From Raillietiella orientalis (lineage: Eukaryota): a stretch of 64,000 bases of DNA. Below are positions 1 to 12,638 of the stretch, piece after piece. Positions within the stretch are counted from its first letter, which is position 1. Each line of letters starts with the position of its first letter. The notes under the pieces are model-generated. The model was not told the DNA's origin and did not search any database. It saw only the letters and a list, made by a program, of their open reading frames with translations. The position numbers and the translations under genes are program-made. The stretch spans positions 186,001-250,000 of the forward strand of contig JAYWIR010000076.1 of assembly GCA_036172245.1 (NCBI GenBank). Direction: 5' to 3'.

Positions 1-1046
1 CTAAATATTATGTAAATAACAGTCCACAAACTTCCCTGCATTTACAGCCTTTGCCGACCGTAACAAAAACCACCTTTATGGACGAGGAACGGCGGTTCAG
101 CCACTTTTTCGATTTTCTTGGGACCGAATTTCATCCCAAAGTTCATGAAATTCATGAAGTTGCATGCTCTTGATTTGCTTTTTTTGTTTTTGTTTTCACT
201 TTAGCTTTGATCTTCACTAAACAACAAAAGGGCTTTACACGTAAGTCATTCAGCTAGAAGAACGAATCGAAAAAAAAATGTGTTCAAAATGATTTAAAAG
301 ATAAACATCTTTTAAATCATTCATACAGGATGAAGAAATAAATGTGGCTTCTCTGAAGAGTTCACTCTTATTTCTTATTTCTTTGATAGACTACACAGCA
401 CATACGAAAAAGGTGGTGTCGATTGAAAATGGCAAAATCATTCGTAAAGAGCGACTTATTTTTTAAAAGTTGATAATATTACGTTACTTATTACTGAAAG
501 TCGACCAATAAAATGAATAGATAATAGGAAATTAACCTATATAATATTTCGATTCAGTGAAGGCAAGAATCGTTGAAAATTTTCCACCTCTTCGAAAACA
601 AAGGTTCATCTCTTTGTTATTCAAATCCGATGCACATTCTCCATTATTATGTTATGATATCAGCGTATTATTCGTTAAACACTGTTTTTGTACATATTAT
701 TTTTTGGTGTCATCCTCAATACTAATCTGATCATCTGAATGGGCAACTTCTTCAATTGAAATGTAACCCAAGCTGAAACCAATATAAGGATCTCGTATTC
801 ATATGTGAACTCCAAGGGGATTTATGTAAATAAAATGAAATATTCGATAAACTAGTAAATAGCCTTTAAAATCCCGTTAAAATCTTGAAACTCAAAAAAA
901 AGAATTAGGTTCTCCAGCTGACACATTTTAAAATTCGCTGCTTGGAAGTTGCGGATTATGCATAGTATGAATACATGGTGGCAGTGTACAATTATTGGAA
1001 CTATCGGTATTAGGAAACAGTCCGTATTCATGGAGTCTTCCCCGAA

Positions 1047-2396
1047 TTGGCTTTCCAATGTTGTCCCTCTTGTCCATTTTACAATAAGGTGTCCTGGACT
1101 CCCACCCCTCCCCATAACTGCAAAACCTTCCAATTCACTTCTGTTCTTCCCCTTCCTATTGATTCCCTAAACCACAAATGTTCAGAATGTTTAGTAAGTT
1201 TCGACAGAATACATCTATTAAAGACACATAAAGACATGATGCATTCTGGATCCACAAAAAAATCTATTCTTCTAGTACATCTTGATGAGTGTCATGATGA
1301 ACAATCCCCTAAAACAATCCCAGAAGTTTCTGATTTTAATACTGTATCACCCGAAATCTCCTTACAAATTCATGAAAAGCACAATACATCCCCGGAATTC
1401 CTTGAGGCTATTGCAAATTTTGAACGTAACAAGGAGGCCTCCCAACCTCTTCCAGACGAAATTAGTCGGTTGCCTCCGCAAGCTGACGTTGGTGAAATCC
1501 CTGTCGGAGTCCTCCCTTCCCCTGCAAGTTGTCCTTTTTCGTCTAGCGCTCCTTCCCCTTCGGTGGCTGTCTCATATGCAGACATTTTAAAGAAAATTCC
1601 TGTGGTGAAGATCAGCAAGCTTCCCGCTTCTCCTTCCTTGTTTCGTTCCCTCGATGTCCGCCGCAATGGCTCCCCCATCAAGCCTTTGCTGTCCATCACT
1701 CGCAAGGTCTCATCTAGCGTAGACCTGTCCTGCGCCATGAAAAAGACCTTCTTGTCTTTCCCCAAAAAGGTCTCCCCGACTTCCTCCAGCTCCTCGTCAT
1801 TCTTACCGATGCCTGTCCAAGAAAACTTTGTTTCTCCGCCCACTAGTTCTGCAATCCCTGTAGTATCTCTGTCGCCTTCGGGGAAGCCATCTCACCATGT
1901 TGTGTCGCGTCCTCAAATCATTCAACAGCCTCTCTTGCACTCTCCTAAATTAAACCCATTTTACGTACCTAAACCCACAAGTTTGAATGCTCCTTTAGTA
2001 AGATCCAAACCTCTTAAGCAGGTACGCTTTTCTGATCCGATTAGTAACATCTGTGGACATTCCTTTCTTCGTTCCTCTAACGGAGATTCTAAATCGGCGT
2101 TCCACGCTCCTTCGACTCATGCTTCCACGTTGTCTAGATGTAATGTGGTAACACCTACCTTAAGTTTTGTGCGATTGGCTCCCATTTTTAATAATGACGT
2201 GGCTTCTAACCAGGAACCACTATCTCGATTTCCTGTTGCTCCCGAGGTGAAATGTATCATCTCTTCCTGCCCTTTTGTCGTCAACGCAACTTTGAAAGCT
2301 ACTCCGGTCCAGAGCCTGAAGCAACAAATTTTATCGTGTCACAATCTGTTCTGTCGGAAGCACTTCCTCGTTTGCAGAAATTGCAATGAGAAATGA
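1047..2396 (+). CDS. Ser/Pro-rich ORF with a C2H2 zinc finger and Cys/His clusters; possibly the N-terminal part of a Zn-finger-bearing mobile element ORF or a host gene; start uncertain
   Basis: 449-codon ORF with HKCSECLVSFDRIHLLKTHKDMMH (C2H2), further Cys pairs at both ends and a KQVRF motif. The nearest ATG (1030) is out of frame. Confidence 0.4.
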   Translation: MAFQCCPSCPFYNKVSWTPTPPHNCKTFQFTSVLPLPIDSLNHKCSECLVSFDRIHLLKTHKDMMHSGSTKKSILLVHLDECHDEQSPKTIPEVSDFNTVSPEISLQIHEKHNTSPEFLEAIANFERNKEASQPLPDEISRLPPQADVGEIPVGVLPSPASCPFSSSAPSPSVAVSYADILKKIPVVKISKLPASPSLFRSLDVRRNGSPIKPLLSITRKVSSSVDLSCAMKKTFLSFPKKVSPTSSSSSSFLPMPVQENFVSPPTSSAIPVVSLSPSGKPSHHVVSRPQIIQQPLLHSPKLNPFYVPKPTSLNAPLVRSKPLKQVRFSDPISNICGHSFLRSSNGDSKSAFHAPSTHASTLSRCNVVTPTLSFVRLAPIFNNDVASNQEPLSRFPVAPEVKCIISSCPFVVNATLKATPVQSLKQQILSCHNLFCRKHFLVCRNCNEK

Positions 2397-2441
2397 TAAT
2401 TGCCAGCAATTGATATGTTTCCCTGAGAAAGTAAAAGGAAT

Positions 2442-3172
2442 TTACTTTTTAGGTGGTTGTAAGCGATTTTTTTTCTTCTGACTCGGAATATAAAAAGCTG
2501 ATTTTCCGTTATTTTCTCTAGAACGAAGGAAAGAGTGGTTACCGTTGATTGTACTGACGAATTCAGGAAATCTTACCCTTTTCGTGGGTCCAGATTTAAT
2601 TGTGGCAACTTTCACAATTTCAGAATGTGGAGTACAGAACGGGTTCACTTTTGTGCCAGAGGGTGTAGGTGATGGAGTTCTCGATTGTCTTATTGGGAGT
2701 CCATTGACAATTATGGGAGGAAAGAAAGAATTACCGACGATATCAGTAGTGGAAGGTAAAGCAGAGTCCTGACTTTCCAGATCTTCATATTCAGTAATGA
2801 CAATGTTTGGTGGAGATGCCGAGTGATATGCGACCGACTTTATTGGGATTGTAGAGAAAGCACTTTAACAGTTTTGAGAAGATATTTTAGGGGTGTCCAA
2901 AGGAAGTCTTTTCATCTCACATGAATATAGGAATTCGCAGATGTTGATCGCTTTATTGCAGAGGAAGGCATAATGGGTATACTATGGCGCATACTATACG
3001 GAGATATTTTGGGAAGATGGATTTTTGACAACTTTGGGATTTTTACAATAGGTGTTGTTTCTAGGATTTTGGAGTAGAAAACAGTTTGGAACGGTGTAGG
3101 AGTGTAAGATTGGGAAGGATGTGTCTCTAGCGAGCTTTCGCGTGTGGTCACACTAAACTCCTTTTTTCTCAA
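2442..3172 (-). pseudogene. Fragmented, diverged paralog of the 1047-2396 ORF in inverted orientation
   Basis: TKRVRFPEFVSTINGNHSFLRSRENNGKSAFYIPS matches LKQVRFSDPISNICGHSFLRSSNGDSKSAFHAPS; YSKILETTPIVKIPKL matches YADILKKIPVVKISKL. Confidence 0.6.
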
Positions 3173-3726
3173 AGTTTCTCATAATGACCCTCAGTGATTT
3201 TTCGTTCTGTGTTTTCCCTCGGCCCAGTGATCCTCCCCACCAACTTTTGTGGTAGTGTGGCCAACGGTGTACATACACTGGAGTTTCTTCGCCACCCAAG
3301 CGTCTGCTGTTATGGCGGCACCAGAAAGCAGGCCTGACGGAAAGGTAGAAGGGCTACTACTGGGTACATCTCTGGATTGGGACCTTGAAATCATTTGTTC
3401 GTGTTGTATAAAACTTACCACTATAACTCCCCAGCCAGTGCTCAAGGCTCTACAGGATCATCGCTGACTGTGGCATCGCCCTCACAAACTGACATGGAAT
3501 TTTTCGAACCTTCTCTGTTCCCACAGGAACGCAGCAGTGTCGCCCACATCACTGGTTGCTACCTCGGTACACCCGGCTCACGTACACTCAGGAGTGCGCG
3601 AAACCGAGCGTGGCAAACAAGCCCGAACGGTGATTCCGCGCTTGCAACGTACAGTTCAACCTCAAAGCGCGCGGCCAACTCGTACGCGAATCGCCTCGCC
3701 GAATATTAGACACCCCTCAGTTGCAA

Positions 3727-4040
3727 CAGGGAGGTGTGTCCAAAAGCAGCAGTGCGGGTGGTTTTCTAGAGAAACCTTAAAAAACGCGCCCGGCTGCTGC
3801 AGAAAAAGTTGGCGGCGAAAGCTTCCGCGAAGGCTGTGCCACCCGCGTCCAAGACTCAGGCCGCACCCGAGACCCCGGCGAACAACGCCGAAAAAGTCGA
3901 GGGAATCGGCCAGGAGCCTGGGTGGCAAGTGGCAACAGCCAAAAAATCGAAGAAAGAGGGAAGGTTAGAGAAGGAAATCGCCTATCAACAGAAGAAGAAA
4001 GAGTAGGGTAGCGCGATCATCAAAGAGTGCAGCGTCGGCG
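3727..4040 (+). mobile_element. Family G ORF1 fragment (G0); host of element H
   Basis: NNAEKVEGIGQEPGWQVATAKKSKK matches the G ORF1 at 37.3 kb and the one at 43.9-44.2 kb. It ends at the 3' end of H. Confidence 0.8.
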
Positions 4041-4245
4041 TTTATTACCCGGTTGCGCCGGGACATTTTTTAACAAAATCAAATCATCTGGGAACTAAGT
4101 TCCCAGGTAAGGGAAAGAGAAGATGGGGAGGAGGGTTCCCGACACGCAGGCCGGGCACACAGAGAGTTCGAAACGGGTGGGAGGGAACAATAAATAAATA
4201 AATAGGAAGGGAGGGCGGGAATAGGGGTCTGCAGATTCGCCGTTC

Positions 4246-6386
4246 CTAATCTCAGAACCGGTGGTGAATGCCGCCGATCTCCGTCCTCACTTCCGCTGCA
4301 AGATTTGGCTACCTGGCAGCCATTTGCAGGTTGAAGGCTGCAGTATCGGAGACCGATGTTGGTATCGCTTGCGTCTGCAATACGTGGCAGGCCCTGACAG
4401 TGGCGCGGACGCAGCAAATGATGGCGACGACCGCTCCTAGAGAAACGCCGGCACGCGTGAAGCAGCGGCGCATCCAATCCTTTGCGGTGTGTCGGGGATG
4501 CAAGAGCGCTGAAGACAGCCTCCGCCACATTTCCTGAAGGGCACCGCATTCAAATAGCAAATGCGGAAGCGATTCCACTGCTCCGCATCTTCCACAGTTC
4601 GGGGACGCAACTTCCCCGGAAACCAGGTGCGCGAGCCAGTTGCAGTACAATCCCCAATGCACCAGCAGAAAAGCGTCCTGTTTTTAACGAAGAAGGAAGA
4701 CAGTCGTGTCCAAGCACGCAGAAGGGACCACAAGTTCTCCAGCGGGCACCCCGAAGTGCTCGCTTCACCGGAAAAGTCCCTTGGCACGAAGGCGAGGCGT
4801 GGCAGCGTCTGTTACCTCGCAAGTCCTCCAGCCGCTCAGCAGTCGGGTTACGCCTGCGACTTCGCAGGCCACCTCCCACCTCGCCGGCAGGTCACTGTCG
4901 TCTCGCACCATCAGTGCACACAGTGCTTCGGCGAGTGGCGTAGCGGCTAGGCGTGTCCACTGGTCCTCGTCTTCCAGCACCTCCCCCACTGGACAGTATG
5001 GGGAAAGGTTCACGCAACGGAGTTCCAAACGGGACACATTCTGTTGCGCTGCCCAGGACGATAAGGCTTCCTGCCTCCAGGCGTTGAGTTTCGTTGGCCG
5101 GCAGGAAATCCACCAATGCTTTTCCAGAACCGAAGCAAGCTGCTTCAGAGGGAAGCCGGATCCTTTTAAAACGCGCTCCGTGCGCAGGTGCAACGAACGC
5201 AGTCCGTCGCCATCCGTGCAGCGCCGCAGCACCAGCCGCGCTGGAGCACACCAGGGAGTAGTATAGAGCTGGGCACAAAGTGCCAGCATGCGGAAGTGCA
5301 CTAGCATTCCGATCCGCTCCAGCGTCAGGATGAACAATTTTGCATCAAGCCGAGAAGCCGTCAAGTCTTTGAAGCGGAACGTGGAGCTCGCTTGTCCCCA
5401 GAAGGCGTTTCGCAACAGGCGTTGCGCCCGGCGCTTAGCCGAGTAGGGAGGGGGACAAACAAAAAAGAGGAAAGAAACAAACGCTTCTGCTAGACAGAAG
5501 GCGCCCAAGAGAACGCCAGGGTACTTCAAGCACCTGCCCGTGGAGATCCCCAGGCGGATTCAGGAGGACTGCCCCTCCCACGTAGAGCCAACCGGTACAA
5601 CGGCTGATTTCGTCCTGTTGACGCTCAGGCCCGCTCCCCGACGAATGAGCTCGAAGAAGTCCTCGAGCCTAACGCCGGGGTGGACATGGGCAGCAGCAGG
5701 AGAAGGTCGTCAGCATAGGCGGCCACGGCCGGTGTTCCCGGGCAGGAGCTCGGAAGGTTGGCCAGCGTCAGCCTGTACGCCCTCAGCACCAACTCAAAGA
5801 AGATGCTGAAGAGCAGGGATATTAAGCTGTCTCCCTGCCTGATACCCCACCGTATGGGAATGCCGTACACGTGGCTTTCGCTGAAAGAGATACAGCATAA
5901 CGCGTGGCGCCAGCAGGAGCGCAAGTAGGCGATGAGGTGCGTCGGGAGGCCTAGGCGTCCCAGAAGCTCCAGAAGGAGGTCCTGGTTCACGCTGTCGAAC
6001 GCTTTTCAGAGATCGACGCCGACCGCTAAGGCCATCGGCGTTACATCGTGCCCTGAACACCGCCGCTTACCTTTGGCAGCGGCGATTTCGGCTGCCTGTC
6101 TCTGCTGCACCACACGCTGCTGCAACTCGAACCATGTTCGCGCGAAGAAGAGATTCGCGTCCATGGACCGACCCGGAACAGCATACGTCTGCTCCGGACT
6201 TACCAAGGACTCTGCGATTCTCTCCAGGCCCGCGACCCATAGCTTGAAGAACAACTTGACGTCCGAATTCACCAAGGTGATCGGACGCCAGTTGCTTAGG
6301 TGGCGCAAATGACTGCCTTTCGGCAGGAGCCGCACCTTTGCTGAGCGGAAAAAAGCGGGAACATCTCCCGTCTCACGCATCAGCGA
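4246..6386 (-). pseudogene. H ORF2, RT and C-terminal part (frameshifted)
   Basis: NWRPITLVNSDVK, GIRQGDSL, AYADDLLL, CGRCGAVESLPHLLFEC. Confidence 0.9.
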
Positions 6387-6524
6387 CGGTCGCGTATGGA
6401 CGTGCTTTTGCGTCGCTTCGCGGTAGATTGGCTTTTGTGTGTTTTTGTTCTGCTGTGCTTCTGTGCTGCAATGGGAGCAAAGAAGAACATCAGCCGCAAG
6501 AAGTGAACGCCACCTGCTCCTGAG

Positions 6525-8550
6525 ATGGCTGCTCCGGCTGCTAGCAAGGAGCCTCTGTCCTCGCCGACGGCGAGGACTTTCGCCAAGGTCGCTGCCCTCG
6601 CGGCTACGACGGGACCTTCGCCCGACAGCCCTGAGCTTCAGGCGTATGTAGCAAATGGCTACACGCCTACACTCAGGTATAAGGTAAGTGTCCTTATGCC
6701 TGAGCGGGTTGGGCGCGAGTTTGGCCAGGAACTCCAACGGATTGGAGTTCAAAAAGGCCAACTGGAGTCCATCATGCCCACGAGGGGGTGCGGCTACTGG
6801 GAGGTATCCAGTAAGGAAGCTCTCCTTACGCAGCGTTTGCTGCACACGCCGCTGCTCATTCGTGGGCAGGAAATACTCCCTGTCACGACGGACTAGTCGT
6901 TCGTTGTCCGGCTCAGTGGAGTGTGTAAGGGCCTTTCGGAACGGCAGGTCGTGGAGGCCCTTGAAAAATTCGCTACCGTCCACGCGCTTTGGAGGCTGCC
7001 AAACCCTGCTGAAGGGTTCGAAGACCACCACAGCGGGCTCGCGCAAGTGCGAGTGACGATGACGGATCGCCGTGCAATGCCCACGCGACTGCAGGTGGAT
7101 GGAATGACCGTCCGCCTGTGGTTTGCCGGGCAAACGCGTGTATGCGCGGAATGCGGGCAGGAGGGTCACCGCCTCACGAAATGTCCCTCGGCCGCTTACG
7201 GTTACTGACACGAGCACGGGCACACTAAAGGAATGTGCCCGGAGCTCCTTTTAAAAAACGAAAAGTGCAGGAACGAATCGCGTTCCGCATCGCGGAATAA
7301 TCGCCGCGATTCGAGAGAAAGAAACAGCAAAGCTTCGAAAAGCGTTGCGAAAACCGCGACCACGCACGTGCAGAAAAGTGTTTCTCGCCCCCACAAAGAA
7401 GGGGTGAAAAACACAAAAAAACTCGTCGCGGCAAAGCCTCCGGCTATCGACCCGAAGGAAGCTCGCGAAGAATGCGACCTTTCTACGAGACCTCGCAGCC
7501 AATTGTTGAATGCAGGAGACATTCTGCCGAAGGTCAAAGAGCCTCGTACTGTCGGCATCACGACCGCGAAGCCTCGTACCAAGGCCTCGACGAGCGGCGC
7601 GGAATGCGGTCGTTCGCCCGATACGGGAAAAATGCGCCCTCGGGCAAAGAACACCGCGCCGTCTGAAGCTACCACGGCCAAGGTGCCCCAGGCGCCGAGT
7701 GCCGCGAAGAAACAGCCGGAAAACCCGCAGTCCTCGCGCGCGGACGCAGCGCCTACTGCGGCCAAGGAAGGAACTGCTAGGGCGAGCACAACCGCTACAG
7801 CAGTGCCGCCAACCGTCGCAAAGGCAACGCGCGAACCCTCCGATCTGGAAGAGGCAGCGCCTCTCGCGATCGCTAAAAGAGTTGCTTACGCCTGCGTGGA
7901 GGCAGCACTCCAACAGGCAGCCAAGGAAACGCCTCTTACATCCGTGGAAGCAGCGCCATCTCAGGATGGCAAAGATAACTGCGATGCGAAGGAAGACGGC
8001 TGGATGCAGGTGAGAAAGGAAATTGAAAAAAACCTTCAAGTTCCTCGCAAATCTGTGTGAAGGTGAGTGGACGCAAGAAACCCGCGAAACCATTCCCCAA
8101 AAAGATTGCGATCCCTTCCTCCTTTGCAGTCGTCCTCTCGCGGATGGAGCGGGAAGCTGCTGCTGCGGCTGAAAAAACGAAAGTCCCAGCCGCAGTTGCA
8201 GAAAGCGCTAGGAAACAGGGAGCGAACAATTCCCCTAATTCCGGGAAACAGCAGCAGCGCCTGGCAAGCCCTCGACTGTCGGATCCTAATCCAGAGTCCG
8301 ACAGAAAGAGCACACAGCGCGGCAACCGCCCGAAACCGCGCAATCGCCTCTTGAAGACCCGCAAGCGCGTGGTTGCCGAGGAGCAACTGTTGCTGGGGAG
8401 CAAAGAGGAGGATAAGGACCACACCTCTGAGCTACCGCAAAAAGCAGTGCGGCTTCGAATGGAGATGTCCAGTCTCCGAGATCGACCGCTCTGTCTCGTG
8501 ACCACTCTCCGGACAAGGCGAGAATTCTGTGCTCACCTTTCAAGCCTTAA
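6525..8550 (+). pseudogene. A ORF1 (gag-like, CCHC knuckles), with stops and frameshifts
   Basis: GYTPTLRYKVS motif, CAECGQEGHRLTKC, basic low-complexity tail. Confidence 0.85.
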
Positions 8551-11500
8551 TGCAGGAAGTCGCCTTTTTTCGTCGATTCAGCGTAGCCTGTTGGAACGTC
8601 AATGGGCTGCGCAGGGACGGAAAGAGGCGCGACGTGTCAGACACCCTGCGACATTTCGATTTGGCGATCCTTCAGGAGATGCATTACATCTCCGATGCGG
8701 AGGTTGCGGAAATCGAACAGCGCGCGGGTGGCACCCTGTACTGGCAAGAAGGTTCTGCACAATCGTGCGGAGTTTGTTTTCTCGTCAATAGTAGGATGGC
8801 GGGAGCGGTGCGCAGCGTTCGATTCGACCAGGAAGGGCGAATGGGCAAACTTGTACTCGATTCAATCGACCTCGTCGTAACGAACGTCTACGTGCCGAGC
8901 GGCTTTCATCTGCGTGTCGAAAGAATCGAGTTCTTTGACGTGCTGGAAAGCCAATGGCTCAGAAACTTTGAAGCCAGAGTGCCGCATCTCGTCGCAGGGT
9001 ACTTCAACGTCCACCTGCTCTCCAACGAGACGCGGTCCCTGGCGGAACGGTCGCGGGTGGAAGAGGCATGCGCGTCGGTGCACGCGCGTAACTTGGAAGC
9101 CGGCGAGCCTGGACTGGAAAGGTGCGTGGATCACCTCTATCTCGATAAACACCTACTCTCGCGAGTGGGAAGGAGAGGCAGGGTGTCGTCCACGTTATCG
9201 GACCATGATAGGCTGGAGTTCGAGCTACTCCTGTCGGGCAAGGGACCTCCAAACAATGTCTGGAGGATGCCAGCGGATTGCTGAGTCATCCGGAAGCGGC
9301 GGAGCATCTTCGTTAGTTCCTTCGCGGCTTTGCCATCCGGGAACTCGCAGACTGGGACCATCTTAAAAGATCGGTTCGCGAGTTTTGCGACCGGTTGCCT
9401 CTGCACCTGCTATCACGCGGCTTCAGGGAAGGCGTGGCCAATAGCAGAGCATTTCTGCAGGCGCGCACCTTCTGGAGACGTGCGGAAGTCCGGCAACTCG
9501 CAGAGTACAAGGCGAGGGCCGAGCGCCAGGTCTGGCAGTATGGAGCGGCTATTTTGCTCGACGACCAAGGCCGGGAATGCACGGCTCCTGCCGAAGTGCG
9601 GCGAGCACTAAAGCGCCACTTCTCCTTGCTCTACGCTAATTCCCCGACGGATAGAGTCCTCTCCGAACTACTTTTGCCGCGGGCTGCACATGGCATCGGC
9701 GAGGAGGAACGCGCTCGTCTCGACGAGCCCTTAACGGCGGAAGAAGTTTCTTCCGCCATCGCAGGACTCAAGAGACGGAAGACGCCAGGTGAGGACGGAC
9801 TGTCCGCAGAGTTCTATCAGAGCTTCGCGGCGGAACTGGCCCCACTGGTGCTTAGAATCTCGACGCTGATGAGGGTGACGGGCGATGTCCCTTCTTCCTT
9901 CCGCTCAGCGAGGGTGCGTTTCCTTCCGAAAGGAGGGGATCTGCGCCAACTCAACAACTTTCGTCCGATCACAGTAGTGAATACGGACGTCAAGTTGTTT
10001 CCGAAGCTGTGGGTCACGCGCTTAGGGGAAGTCGCGGAGTCCGTGGTAAGCCCGCAGCAGTCTTACGCTGTACTGGGTAGATCCATGGATGCAAACATTC
10101 TTTTCGCGCGCACCTGGTGGCAGCTTTAAGAGCTCGTTGCGGCGGATAGCCGAACAGCGGCAAGACTTTCTGCCGACTGCGTGCGCCAGTGCGGACGGAC
10201 GGGAGAAAGGCCGGGAGCCTTGGCACTAGCAGTAGATTTGCACAAAGCATTCGACTGCGGAAACCAGGAACTCATCTTCGAGCTCCTGGAGCGTCATGGG
10301 CTTCCGAATCATCTTCTCCTGTACTTGCGCTTTTGCTGGCGCCACGCGATTATCAACTTGTATTTCAGTGGCTCCCGCGTGTACGGAGTGGCCGTGCACA
10401 GAGGCATCAGACAGGGGGACAGCTTAAGCCCGTTGCTCTTCAGCATCTACTTTGAGTTGGTGCTAAAAGCGTACAGGCTGACGCTGGCCGTCCTGCCCAG
10501 CGCCTCTCCGTGCACTCCGTCCGCGGCAGCATAGGCAGACGACCTTCTGCTTCTGTTGCCCATGTCCACTCCGCCGGACTCGTTCCAAGACTTCTTCGAG
10601 CTGATCCGTCGTGGAGCGGTCATGAGCGTTAACAGGGCGAAGTGCTTTGTCGTGCCGGTGCGTGCGTCGTAAGAGGGACAGGCCGACTGGATCCGCCTGG
10701 GGATTCCCACGGTCAGGTACTTCAAGTACCTTGGCGTACCGTTCGGCGAATTCTGCTCGTCTGAATCGTGGTCGGCCTGTCTTCCAAAGGCAGAGATGGC
10801 TCTAGGCCCGTTCCTGGAAGGCAAGTTCGTCTTGCCGGAAAGGGCGTGCATATGGAACACTTTTCTTGCTTCCCTCCTCCGCCCCTTATTTTTTGTTTGT
10901 CCGCCTCCCTATGTGGTTAAACTCCAAGCGCAGCGTCTCCTACGTAAGGTCTTGTGAGGCGCTGCACGATCCAGGGTTCGACTTAAAGATTTGGTAGCGC
11001 CATGCCAGCACGCAGGCCTGGGCATCCTCACCATCCAGAAGAATGGACTGCAAGTGCAGTTCCGGCTTCTATCCCTATGTGGGAAATTGTGGTCTAGTCA
11101 CTGGTGTGCTCCGGCTCGCCATATTCTCCAGCGATGTGTCGGCAGTGCAGGATTGCTTTCGTTGCTGCCGCGCAACCTTCGCCGGAGAACTGGATTTGGC
11201 TACCCACAGAGGCATTTGTCCTCGTTGCTGTTAGCCCGTTCCTGGATTTCGTGCCGCCCCTTTAATTGGAATGCTTGGTAGCAGGAAGCTCTGGAGCACT
11301 GGACGTCCACTTTGGATGTACGCGAAGAGCAACTGCGACCCTCACAGGGCCTCTTACGCCAACCGCTAGGAGTGATCCTACAGGACTGGTCGCTTTGGTC
11401 CCGGATAGTCGTCTCACCCATCGCCGCAGCGCTGTCTGCTCTTAGGGCAAACAACGACAGTAGCCAACCGGCAAAGTGGTAGTTCTTCTGCAGCATTGCA

Positions 11501-12110
11501 GGAGTGGGAAGACTGCTGAGCGGCTGCAGAACGAGCGTGTTGGTAGACGCTGCCACTACTCGTTACCTGGCAAAGTGGCTTTTTCGTTGGAGTGAGATTC
11601 TTGAATTACTCCCCGAAGATCTCGTGGTCTTTTCCTTGAGTGTGGACAGCTCCGTGTTCCCGCTTCAATGGAAACAGGATGTTCTTTTTTTTGTGCACTG
11701 GGGATTGCAGTGCAATAAGCGCAGAAACTTGGTTACAGTGATAGTCGTCTCCACGAACTGCCTCAGGTGCGGGGCGATAGAATCGCTTACGCGCCTTCTC
11801 CTTGAGTGTAGTGACTTTCGGGAGTTATGACGGAGACTTGCTTCGGCACTTCGTCGTCCTCAGGAGACTGCCACAGACCTGCTTCGACGCTTCTTCAGCA
11901 AAGACGGACTGGATAAAGGCGCTGTTATTGCAACAATCTCTTACATCCGCGCCATCGTGATCGCCCGCCGTAAACTAGAAGGAAGCTCACAGCGAACGGA
12001 CGCCGCCAGAATCGCGGCGAACCTTATGAAAGCTGCTGTCAGGTGGCCTCATCTGCCCAGAGAAGTCTCCAGGGAAGTCGCCATTGTCAAACAGCGCTTC
12101 TAGAAAGATT
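8550..12110 (+). pseudogene. A ORF2 (APE endonuclease + RT), disrupted
   Basis: CWNVNGL, LQEMH, TNVYVP, SDHD, KTPGEDGL, NFRPITVVN, GIRQGDSLSP, A*ADDL, CLRCGAIE. Confidence 0.92.
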
Positions 12111-12638
12111 AGGAACGTTTACTACCAAAAATCCCTGACCCCACTCTTCACTGTTTTTTTGTTTGTTCTCTTATGTTTTGTTTATTTTGTATCCTTCTCC
12201 CTCCGTTCCTTTCTTTTGGGAGGCAACCTGCGTGCCGGTGATCTTTCTGAACTGAACTTTCTGTATGGGCGTTCCTTGTGTCTTGAAAAGATGAATTTGC
12301 CTTGAAGATTGTATTCGTTTTTACAAATAAACGTTCCGACGCAACCGGGTTCGATACGCATCAGCGAGGAAAGGCTTAGCACCAGGGGGACGAGCTTTGC
12401 CGCGAAGCACTGAAAGAACTCCGCGGGCAGGCCATCCTCCCCAGGCGCCTTACGCCTCTTCAGGCCCGGTATGGTGTAAGATACTTCTTCCGCCGTGAAG
12501 AGCAAATCCAATGTGACGCGTTCCTCCTCGTCGATAGCAGGGTTACCCGTCGGCAGAAGCAGCTTTAAGAGACTTGGTTCCGTCGGATTCCTAGCATACA
12601 ACGAGTAGTAGAAGCGCCTTCGGAGGCGGCAACGGCGG

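Larger units (their letters stand above)
6387..12355 (+). mobile_element. Full-length L1/Tx1-type element A with 12-bp TSD
   Basis: ACGCATCAGCGA at 6375-6386 and 12356-12367. 5' GGACGTG motif; ORF1; ORF2; 3' AATAAA + hairpin at 12326-12350. Confidence 0.93.

Noticed and set aside
1..1000. Possible host exons in the AT-rich left flank
   Set aside because: Only short open frames and ambiguous splice signals; nothing recognisable.
6006..7223. 405-aa minus-strand ORF ending in RT motifs
   Set aside because: Antisense of A ORF1 fused by chance to the H RT at the TSD.
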